A stretch of 64,000 nt of DNA from Sphaerodactylus townsendi (Eukaryota): assembly GCF_021028975.2 (NCBI RefSeq), contig NC_059426.1, positions 141,050,001 through 141,114,000 on the forward strand. The letters are read 5' to 3'. Shown here one piece after another: positions 35,901 to 47,900 of the stretch (position 1 is its first letter; the number at the start of each line of letters is the position of its first letter). A program made the position numbers and the translations under genes. A model generated the notes under the pieces. That model was not told the origin of the DNA. It ran no database searches and saw nothing but the letters and a program-made list of their open reading frames with translations.

Positions 35901-38900
35901 AGCACGGGAGTGCAAATCAGTACTGAGGGATGCACATTCCCATGCACATAAAACTGTGCACGTATACCAATTCCTTGTAATGCAAGTGGGGGGCTGCAAC
36001 AGACCCCTCATAACTGAACATTCAGTGCAATAACATGGAATCAAATTCTGATGGAAAGAACTGTAGGGTGAGAATGTCAAGCACAGCCCACAGAGTGGAA
36101 ACAGAAGAAGAATAGAAGAAGAGGAGTTTGGAGTTATACCCCATCTTTCTCTCCCATAAGGAGACTCAAGGCGGCCTTCAAATTCCTTTCCCTTCCTCTC
36201 CCCACAACAGACACCTTGTGAGGAAGGTGGGGCAGAGGGAGTTCTGAACGAACTGTGACTAGCCCAAGGTCACTCAGCAGGAATGAAAGAGTGCACCACT
36301 CATGTGGAAGAGTGAGGAATCAAACCTACGTAGTTCTCCAGATTAGAGTCCACCTGCCCTTAACCACTACACCACTAAACCACGTTGGTTCTCATTTTCA
36401 TCATGAGATATCCCAGACTATATGGTTATCTATTTAAAGCACTAAATGCCAAATCAAAAACACATGAACCTTCCATGGGAAGGAAGAGGGAGGGAGGGAG
36501 GGAGGGAGGGAGGGAAGGCAAGCAGGCAGGCAGGCAGGCAGGCAGGCAGGCCGGCCAGCCGGCCGGCCACATGAATACATGAAGATGCCTTATACTGAAT
36601 CAGACCACTGGAACATCAAAGTCACTCAGGACAGAGGTGACTCTACAGGGTCTCAGGCTGAGGTCTTTACATCATCTACCAGTTCATCCTTTTAGCTGGA
36701 GATACTGTAGAATGAACTTGAGACATTCTGCGTGCCAAGCATACATTCTACCACTGAGCAGTAGTCCCTCCTCTAGAAAGGAGATCAAGCTGCATCTTTG
36801 CTCAGCATTAATTAGTTTTCTACCCATGAAGGAAAGTTTTATGAACGCTACCAGAAGGCAGACCTGAAGAAAATGGAACCACTACATGTAGACATTATCC
36901 TTAGAACTACAAATATTATGCAACAGTTAATCAACAAAATATTGAAGGTAGCTCAATTAAAGCAATCATTGCAAAGCAAAGGTTTCCCAGAATTAACTGG
37001 TGAGACCAAGACTGAAGGACATACTGCTAAGCAGCACAGGTGTAATGTCAATAACGTAAGCTAGGCTTTGTCCTAGAAAGTTTGTAGTGTGCATCTCCAA
37101 TGACAGCAGAATCATTTACAATATTGTGGTGGGGGCAATGGTACCACTACCATGTAGCAGGCACAGACTGATAGATTTGCCAAATCAAACTGAAAACTGG
37201 GGAGTATTCTCCCTCTGCACACTCACTTCATCTCCCTGCCCTGACCCCCCAAAGTTACTGGTGGCAACTAAGTCAGTAGGCAAGCTCCCATTGCAAAGCA
37301 AAAGTTTCCCAGAATTAATTGGTGAGACCAAGACTAAAGGACATACTGCCAAGCAGCACATCAATAACGCAAGTCAGGCTTTGTCCTTGAAAATACCTTC
37401 TTCTAAGTCCTATACATGTCTCCAACCTTTTTTTTTTTTTTTGCTCTCAGTAATAATGCAGCAAAGAGTTCTCTTGTGCCAACTTAATTAAACGCTGCAG
37501 GCAGAGTGTATGCCCAGTTGCTGGGATGGATGCCTACTCATAGCATAGTATCCATTATTTTATTTTTCAATTAAATCATTGGGAGAGGTAAACACACACT
37601 GTCCTATTTTTCTGGGTGGTGTCATCAAGAGAGTCTCCTGAAGATGCTCTGAAGAGGCACTAAAACCTGAAGGCAGTGAAAGTCTGGGGACTGGTAAACA
37701 CACAAGTTTAATCCTGACAAGAAGGAGGTGCTATCTGTTGGAGATTTTGTTGATCCCTGATATGAGATTCAACCTGTTCTGGGCAGAACTGCACTCCTCC
37801 TTACATCTCAGGCTCAGAGTTTGTGTCTTTCACCCCAAACTTGCAATTGGGTGGCCAAGGTCCTAGCAGTGGACAAGAATGCCTCTTATCAGCTTAGATA
37901 CATTTGCCAGTTGTGATTCTCCCTGTAAAAGTAACCTCTGACATTGATAGAAACACCCTAATAAGATCCAGATTATATTACTGAAGAGTCTGCAGGACTG
38001 TCTTTGAAGAGTTCTTGGAAGCTTTAACCCAAAATGGAGTTACCTAGATGTATCAATACCAGGTGTGAAGGACAGTTTAATATTAGGAATATATTATCGT
38101 CCCCCAGACCAAAGTGCACAAGAGGATTCTGAGATGGAAAAAGAAATTAGAGAGGCCAACAAAAACAAAAATGTAGTGGTAATGGGTGATTTTAACTATC
38201 CCCATATAAACTGGAAAAATGCATGTTCAGGTCATAGTAAGGAGAGAGCATTCCTGGATATGCTAAATGACTGTGGCTTAGAGCAGATGGTTGTGGAACC
38301 AACCAGGGGAGAGGTGATCCTAGATCTAATTCTATGTGGGACCCAGGACCTGGTGCAGGAAGTCAGTGTTGTTCAGCCGATAGGGAACAGCGTAGACCAC
38401 AATGTCTTTGTCCAGATTCAGTATCTCAGCATGCGAGACAAAAAGAGTGGCAACTACTAATGTAGTTACATTAAAAGCTAGCTTCAGAAAGGGAAATTTC
38501 ACAGGAGGGAGATGAGGGGGGGATAGGTGCGCTTGGGGAAGCTGAAAGGAAAAAATCAAGAGAGTCAAAACTGTCCAGGATGCTTACGAAGTTGTTATTT
38601 AAAAACACAGTAATAAAAGCTCAGCAGCTGGAATGTATGTGTTTCCCACAGGTTAGAAAAAGAGCAGCACCAGTCCAAAAGAAAGCCACCATGTGGTTCA
38701 ACAAGAGAGGGTTAAGAAATTATCAGAAAAAAGAAAATGTATATCTTTTAAGAAAATGGAAGTCAGTTTGGCTGATGATGAAGAATATGAGAGGGAACAC
38801 AAATGGGTGGCAAAGAGAAGCAAGTTAGCTGTGGGGGGGAGGCAAAAAAAAAGGATTATGAGAGAGCATGTGGCTACGCGAACATCAAGACCAGCAACAG

Positions 38901-41900
38901 AAAACTAGTTCTTCAAGAGTACATCCAAAAGCAGAAAGGAAGCCAGCTAGGAAGAGAAAGCTGGTAGAAGCCCGTTAGATGACAAAAGGAACAAAGAGAG
39001 GGGGTGTGCTAAAAAAAGATAGCAGGGAGATTGCAGAGAGGCTGGGGTAATGAATTCTTTGCATCTGTCTTCACCCAAGAGGAGGTGTGAGGAACATTCC
39101 TGCACCTGAACCAAGCTTCTGTAGGGAAGCGAATCCGAGGGGAACTAAGCCGAGAGATGAGTGAGGTAGAACCAAAGGGAAAGAAGTTCTGGCAGCCATT
39201 GATAAACTAAATGCTACACCAAATCCCCTGGCCCCAGATTGCATTCACTTCCAAGAGTTCTTAAAGAGCTCAAGCATGAGAGAAGTTGCTGATCTTCTCA
39301 CTTTTAATATGGCAACTTATCCCTGAAATCAGGCTCCATCCCTGAGAGACTGGAAGATGGCCAATGTCACACCAATCTTTAAGAAAGGATCTAGCAGGGG
39401 GGGACCCGAGAAATTACAAGGCCAGTCAGTTTGACATCTGTTCCTGGTAGAATTAGTACAGAATCTTTCATTAAAAGATAAAATTATTAGAAACATATGT
39501 AGAAAAGCAAGACCTGCTGAGGAGAAAGAGTCCAGCATGGCTTTTGCAGAGAGGCAAAATCCTGTCTTTTACAAACTTACTAGAGTTCTTTAGGAGGGTG
39601 TAAAACAGGCGGGCATGTGGACAGGGAGTGAACCGGTGGACATTGTCTACTTGGATTTCAAAAAGGCTTTTTGACAAGAGGTTCCCTCACCAGAGACTGT
39701 TGAGAAAACTCAGCAATGAAAGGAATAAGAGGAGAAGATCCTCCTATGGATTAAAAACTGGTTGAGAAAAAACAGGAAGCAAAGAGGTGGGTATAAATGG
39801 GAAGTTCTCACAATGGAGAGATGTCGGGAGTGGGTGTCCCCAAAGGATCCCGTTTGGGACCAGATGCTCTTTAACCTATTCATAAATGATGATGAAGCCT
39901 GGAAGTAGAGGGGTGGAGTGGCGTGGTGGCCAGAGTTTGCAGATGATACCAAATTATGTAGGGATTGGGTGAGAACCACAAAGGGATTCTTGAAGAGCTC
40001 AAAGCGGACCTTGATAAAATTAGGTTGAGGTGGGCTCAGAAATGGCAAAAGATGATACACAGTTCAATGTATGCAAAATGTAAAGTGATGCACAGGTATG
40101 GGGCAAAAAATCCAAACTTCACATACACGCTTCACAGGGGTCAGTATTTATCAGTCACAGACCAGGAAAGGGATTTAAGTCTTAGTTGATATGGTTCCAG
40201 CTGGGAATGTCCAACTCAATGCATGGCAGCTGTGAAAAAGGCAAACTCTATGCTACAGGGATCATTAGAAAAGGAATTGATAATAAAACTGCAAAAGATT
40301 GTCATGCCCTTATATAAAGCAGTGGTCGCGACCGCTTGCCAGAGAATTACTGTGTCCAGTTCTGGTCGTAGCATCTCAAAAAAGGATATTGAGGAGATAG
40401 AAAAAAAGAAGTGCAGAGAGAAAGGGCAACAAGGATGAAGTTGAGGGACTGGAGCTTTACCTTCCTATGAGGGAGAGCTGCAGCGTTTAGGACTCTTTTA
40501 GATTTGGAGAGGAGGCGTCTGAGGGGATATGATTGAAGTCTACAAAATTATGCATGGGGTAGAAAATGTCGACAGAGAATTTTTTCTCTCTTTTACTAGA
40601 ACCAGGGGCCATGCATTGGAAATGCTGGGGGGAAGAAATTAGGACTAATAAAAGGAAACACTTCTTCCCATAGGCAGTGTGATTGGTGTTTGGAATATGC
40701 ATACCACAGGAGGTGGTGATGGCCCACTAACCTGGATAGCTTTAAAAGGGGCTTGGACAGATTTATGGAGGAGAAGTCGATTTATGGCTACCAATCTTGA
40801 TCCTCTTTGATCTGAGATTGCAAATGCCTTAACAGACCAGGTGATCGGGAGCAACAGCCGCAGAAGGCCATTGCGTTCACATCCTACCTGTGAGCTCCCA
40901 AAGGCACCTGGTGGGCCACTGCGAGTAGCAGAGAGCTGGACTAGATGGACTTTGGTCTGATCCAGCTGGCTTGTTCTTATGTTCTTATGTTCTTATGTAA
41001 CTGGGGCTCATTTACTCTGAATCATTTATACTGGCTGACAGTTAATTTCCAAACACAATTCAAAGTGCTAGTTTTGATCTCTAAAGATCTAAATAGTTTG
41101 GAGACGAGATACCTGAAGGATCACATTCTCCAATAGCAACCTGCCTCTGGGTGCTGTCCTTTTGATGGGCAGCAATATGCAACAGGGTCTTTTAGGTGGC
41201 AGAACTATAGAATGCACTCTCCCAGTTCATCTGACACCTGTCAGATAAATTTTTAGAAAGGCAATTAAAATAGATCTATTTCTCTTAACTTTATCAGAAT
41301 AAAAACATGTTTTACATACTGACAGCATTGGCTACCACTCCAGGGAGAATCCAATGACAGCACAGGATTTTCAAACCATAGGTGGAGATAATAGCATTAA
41401 CCATTAATTCCTTGACCAAGTTCAGGTGGATGAAGCCAGAAAACCAGATTTCTAACCAGTTTTCTATGAAATAGCACCTAAATTCTTGGCTGACCAACGT
41501 AAGATTCTCCCACAATCCTCCTGGAATTATTATCTAGTTATGCTGTATTTTATTTCCGTTCTTTCTACAGTAACCACCTTCAGTTCACACACCAAGAAAG
41601 GCGTTACAGAAATGCCTTAAATAAATACTTACATTTAAAATAAGTACCCACTCCTGTTTCCTAGACAAACCACCAGCAGTACACAAAGAGACTGTATCTG
41701 GGTCCAAGGCAGTAGGACACAGTGGAGGAAGACAAAAGGGCAGCCCCAGCAAAGGAGGAACCTCATAGGCAAGAATGAGACGCTTAATTTTATCCAAAAT
41801 TACCTTCCATTTCCAGGGCTCCTAATGTTGCTAGTCGTGCAGCCTTTAGCCCAAAACCTAAATAGCTGCAAACAAGGAAAAATATTGCTTATATGCTAAA

Positions 41901-44900
41901 CTGAATTGCACCTTGATTTTGTGTTCACTGTTATATTTTCAAACTTATGTTCTATTTTCTTTCTTTAATAAAATATTTCGGTGTCTGGAGTTCTGACTCA
42001 GAGCTTATGGCTTGGTGTTGCTACCACCCCAAAGGATGGGTCAGGTTCTTTGACAGTCTGACAATCAGCAAAGTATACCAGCAAAGTGTATATGACAAAT
42101 TTTTAAAATACCTAATGCTGTGACAAGTTTCAAGATACACAGGAAAATGTCTATTTCTATGGGACAACTCCACCGACCTGTGCGTGTAGAGCTTGTAAGT
42201 GCTATTGAACATTTCAAATGAAGAAAGAAAATCCACTGGTGTTTGTTCCAGGGTATCCTAAAATCAGGATGAGAAAAAAGATTATTTTCTAAGAAAACAG
42301 CTCAGAAACTTGTTGATTTTCATGCACATTATGTAAAAAGATGCACCAATATTAGATGGCAAAACTGCATTTCTACAACAGCAAAAAGAATTCTGATGAG
42401 TTATTTGTAGCATAGCTACCTCCACAAAGTACTTTACCGTATACAACAGTCCACAAATATTAAGAAGTCTAAGAGCCGTGTTAGCCTAATATTAATTATT
42501 ATTATTTATTACTATATTTTGTCTGACTTCTCCAGACCCCAACAGAGCTACACTTAAGAAGCATCCTCTCTGCTCCTTCTATTGAGTGTATGTGTGGGTC
42601 ACCTTAGCCAATCATTCCCTCTCAGTCTAATCCTGGAGTTGTTGGGAAGATCACATGAAGCTGTCTTGGGTTAATGCTGTTCACTCAGACTGGCAACAAC
42701 TCTCTAGGGCAGTGATGGCGAACCTTTTTGAGGCCGAGTGCCCAAACCGCAATTCAAAGCCCATTTATGTATCGCAAAGTGCCAATACGGCAATTTAACC
42801 TGAATACTGAGTTTTTGTTTAGAAAAACAACTCATACATTTTGTTTAGAAAAACAACTCAATACTAAAGTATACATCAAAATGTTTCCACTGCAAGAGGA
42901 CCATGCCTTGTAAGATAACATAGAAAGATTTTTTTTAATAAAAGTGGTCCATGGCACTTTTAATTGAATTTGAATAATTGATCAGTTGAACTTAAAAGAC
43001 AAATCATGATTACTGGACTTTGGGCAAGGTATTTCTGAACTCTATTCCTTTAATCCAGGGGTCCCCAAACTTTTTAAACAGGGGGCCAATTCACTGTCCC
43101 TCAGACTGTTGGAGGGCCGGACTAAAAAAAACTATGAACAAATTCCTATGCACAAATGATTGTAAAATGTTTGATTTCACCTTTCAGCCTTTCTGTCATG
43201 GTCAACTAGACATAAGAACAGTTTTTTCCCGAATGCCATCACTCTGTTAAACAAATAATTCCCTCGATAATGTCAAACTATTTATTATATACTTATTATA
43301 TAATTACTGCACTACTTTTTTCATCATTCCTATTACCCATCTCCTCCCAATTATGACTGTATGACTATAGCCTGTGCTGACATTTCATTTTATTTTATGA
43401 TTTTACATTTTATGTTTTTATTACTATTGATTGTTTCCTGATTGCTTACTAGACCTATATGACAATCATTAAGTGCTGTACCTTATGATTCTTGACAAAT
43501 GTATTTTCTTTTATGTACACTGAGAGCATATGCACCGGAGACAAATTCCTTGTGTGTCCAATCACACTTGGCCAATAAAGATTCTATTCTATTCTATTCT
43601 ATTTTTAGAACAGTGACCAAAGTATGTCAAGTACAGGGTGGGCTCCAAATATTGTTGGGGAGGCTGTGGAATACCTTCCCCTGTAAAAAAAAAAAGCAGA
43701 ACTTTCCCAATGAAGCATTCCATCTAACTTAGGGGATTAAGGTATCTTCCTGGAGTTCTTCCTCCCTAGCAGCCAATGAGAAGCGATTCACCAGCCTGCC
43801 TGATGCCAATGAGAGTGAGGCGGAGACCAAGAAAGCCTGAGAGCAACACTTGGAGTAGCCGAGAGGGAAGGGCAGAGCAGGAGTTGCCACGTGTAAGGTT
43901 TCCAACTCTGGGTCAGAAAATTCATGGAGATTTGGGGGTGCCATCATGTAGCACTGCAATCAGAGCTAGCCGTTGGGGACTGGTTCCTCCTCTCCCTTGA
44001 GCCCCCACTGCACATGAATGGATAGGCCACTTGCGCCATGTAACCATGCCCTGGCGAGGCGGATCAAATGCCACCTTCCAGGGGGCCACATTTGGCCCCC
44101 GGGCCGTAGTTTGGGGACCCCTGCTTTAATCAAAGGGCCTTTTCAGATGAATGCTTCCATGTAGAAAGAGATATGTGCAATCCCTGGGAGGATTTACCAT
44201 TAAAGTTTGCCATTTGCCAATTAAAACCAAAATTTTGCTGGGGAAAGAAATCCATTCTTGTTCTCTCCTCATGCTTTTTTTTAACATTTGCCATTTGTTT
44301 TATTTAACATTCTATTGAAATGTAACCTAAAGGGTGAGGGGTGGCATTAACCTTATTCTTATTCTGTTTTATCCACTCAAAACCACAACTGACTTGTGGA
44401 GGCTCTGAAAGCCAGCTAAGCCAACCTGCACAAGTTACAGATGAAAAGCCCACCTACAGCTATATATGTGAAAGATGAGGAGTCCCTTATGTTTGTTGTT
44501 TTCTGGAGTTATGCTTGTTTAATTTGCATTAGCAGCATACATTTGTTTTAACAGAATAATATGGAGGGTCTCCAGCCATGCTCTCTCTGCTTCAAAGCGG
44601 ACACCAAGGTCAAAGGAGCGTGGCTGGCTGCGGGCCGGCCGGGGGGTGGCGCTGCCACCGCCTCCTCTCCCGCTTATGCACCTGCAAGTCCGAGGTGGGC
44701 CCTGCCCGAGAGATGCCGCCCCGTGCAGCCCTAAAAAAGCACCATCAGAAGCCCCGGCAGCCCAACCCGGCCAGGCTTACCTTGCAGCGCCTGGCTCGGG
44801 GAGGTGCCCGGCGAGGGGTGCTTTCACCAGGCGCTGATAGCCCGCTGGTGCCTGGCGGGCATGAGCTGGGCACTCTGCTTGGGGAGCCAAGTGGGATCAG

Positions 44901-47900
44901 CTAAGCCAGGCAAAGGGGCATGGAGCAACGAGGAGAAGCAGCTGAGAGAGAAGCTTGGGGTGACCCTGCAGCCGCCCTCCTCTCCCCTCCTCTCCCACAC
45001 AAGAGTCGAGGCCGAGGCCCTCGCATTAAGCCCGCTGCCTCTGCCGCCTAAAGCACCCTCGAGCCCAGGCAGCCCGACCGGCCGCCTTGCGGCGCACCTG
45101 GCTCGGGGCGCAGGCGGGGGTTGCTTTCTGCCGTTGATCGCCGCTGGTGCCTGCAGGCATGATGGGCACTCTGCGGGGCAAGTGGGATCAGCTGCGCAAG
45201 GCAAAGGGCATGGAGCAGCCGGAGAACAGCGAGAGAAGCTTGGGGTGACCCTGCCGCCGCCTGCCCTCTCCCCCTCCCTCTCCCACGAGAGTGTGAGCCA
45301 GCCCCTGCATGCCAGCCCTGCTTACTCACAAGCCGCCCTAAAAGCGCACCCTTGAGCCCAGTCAGCCCGATTGCCGCTGGTGCCTGCAGGCATAGCCGGA
45401 GCACTCTGCAGGAGCAAAAGTGGGATCCCGAGGCTTCTGCGCCAGACAAAGGGCATGGAGCAGCCGGAGTGCAACGAGAGGAGCTTGGAGGGAGCTGCTG
45501 CCGCCGCTGCCGCTTGCTCCAACTCCCTGTCTTCTGCCAGCTCGGAGACCTCCATGTGTTCGGAGGCGGAGAAGGCGCCCGTGCTAGGGCGGAGGCACAG
45601 CTGCAGGAGGTTTATCTGGCTGAAGATCTTTGGGCGCAGGCGGTGGCAAAGCTCCCACATGGGAGAGTGCGGGGGGCTGCCCTTGTGGCCTTACCCGAGG
45701 CCCTTTTGCGGCAGTTTAAGGTCATGTGGGGGCGCAAAATCCCCTGCCGCCCTCCCCCGCGGCGCCCCCCCTCCACACTTACTTTCTGAAATTGAGCAGG
45801 CTTCTTAAAGCTGTTTAGACACCTTGCCTTCGTCCCTAACGAACCGGCTGGCTGGCTGGCGCAGGCGTGTCTAGGCGGCGAGAGAGGGAGGTGGAAGAGG
45901 AACGCCCCAGAATGCAGAGCAAGAGGGGAAGCCCCAGAATGCATTGCAGGAGGGGAAGCCCCAGAATGCATTGCCGGAGGAGAAGGCCCAGCCCAGAATG
46001 CAAGTGAGTTTGCAGATGACTCGGCCTACGAGCCGCCTCTGGAGGGGGAAGGGGGAGGGGGAGCTTCGGCACTTCCGTGCCAGAGGGGAGGCCTCCGCGT
46101 GCCACCTCTGGCACGCGTGCCATAGGTTCGCCATCACGGCTCTAGGGTCTCAGATGGAGGTCTTTACATCACATACTACCTGATCTTGTTTAACTGGAGA
46201 TGTCAGAAACTGAACCCTGGACCTTCTGCAAAAGCTCTACAACTGACACGGGGAAAAGAGAGAACCATGTGCAATCCTTGGAGGAAGGATGAGATAAAAA
46301 TGTAGTAAGATGCAAAAAGCCAAGACTTTCAGCAAGCCTTAGGGAAAGGTGAATGGTTGGATCGCTGCCCTACTTTAAACAGCAAGGCCTAGAGTTTGAA
46401 AAGCAGCAAAGCTAAATGTGCACTTTAATTTCTGCACTTTTTAATGCACTTTAATTTCTGCACTAATTAATGCTCTTTAATTTCTGCCTTCCATCAAGGA
46501 GCTCAGGACAGTGCCTGTGGTTTCCCTCTCTTCTTTTACGGTAGGCTAGGCTGAAAGCGTGATTAGCCCAAGGTAAGCCATTCTAGCCCAGCATGCTAAT
46601 CACTGCACCATACTGGCTTTAATATTTCAATTCATGTTCTCTATAGCACTTCTAAAATCCTGATAGAAACTAGCAACTTAACAATGACCTTCTGTGTTAA
46701 CAAAAAATCAGCTCACAAAATATGACATTTCTCAAAGTTACAACAATAAAAAAATATTGAATTACACCTACTGCTCACCTACCTTTAGTTGTGGCAAAAA
46801 CGTAATCTGAGTCGAGGCTCCTCCCAGGTCCAAAGTTCCCACAGTCTGCTGGTTCTGGTCATACAGCTGCCCTACAAATATTATTGAAAAAGTTCAAAGA
46901 TAGTCCAGAGGCAGAAACTCACAGGGACATGTGGGGTCACATGTTCCCAGGCGTACACCAGGGGTCACGTGGAGGAGGCAGAGAATCGCCCCCACACCCC
47001 TCCCCTCGGCCCCCCCAGGCTGTTCCACCGCCAGGCACCACTCAGCTGACAAGGTAAGTGAGGCGCAGGGGTGGGGAAAAGGGCACTCGGAGCAGGTGTT
47101 GCCCCAGGCGCCCTTTCTCCCCTACACCTCTGAGATAGCCCAAGTGTTCCCAGAGGGGTTTTTTTTTACAGCCCTGGCTGGGCTGCAGCAGAATCACATG
47201 ATACTGTAGCAGATATATTTACATATTTTACTTATTTATTTAACTTATATCCTGCCTTTCTCCCTAATGGGGACCCGAATAAATTTACGTCATTCTCCCC
47301 TCTTCCACTGAATTCTCATAACATTCCTGTGAGGTAGGTTAGGCTGAAATAGTGTGACTGCCTAAAGTCACCTACTGAGCTTCCATGGCACAAGTGGGTA
47401 TTTCAAACTGGGTATTCTAACACTCTGGTGGATGCTGCACATGATATGTAGGCTACAGTCATTATAAAGGAACCTGTTTTCCTTTTTTCCATTCACATGT
47501 GTGCCTTTTTCCCATTCAGGCAGTGACTGCAGCCCATGGAAACAATCTGGGTAACTTTCACGCCTTCACCCAGAGATGCTTTTCTTTTTTATTATTTCCT
47601 GCAGCACATGTGTGCAAAGGCATACAGAAATGAACAATATAACCACAATACAACAAACTGTGCAATGTATGTGTTTACCTAGAACAAATCAGCGCCTTGC
47701 ACGTCCGACCGCATTATACAATTTAATAAATATCATATAAATATCATATAAATACTACCTCTCAGTTTGTGGGCCTTATTTGTGAGGGCCTTATTTGCCA
47801 ATATAACTTGGAGGAATGTGTACTTTTGGTAGTTACATGGTGTATATTAATATAAGATGTCAAATTGGCAAATTTTACAAGTTCATGATAACAGGAATTA

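Larger units (their letters stand above)
42710..46139 (-). mobile_element. Non-autonomous hAT element (hAT1-like ends), 3.4 kb including nested inserts
   Basis: TIR CAGTGATGGCGAACCT / AGGTTCGCCATCACGG; perfect 8-bp TSD CTCTAGGG (42702-42709, 46140-46147); no transposase ORF seen. Confidence 0.92.
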
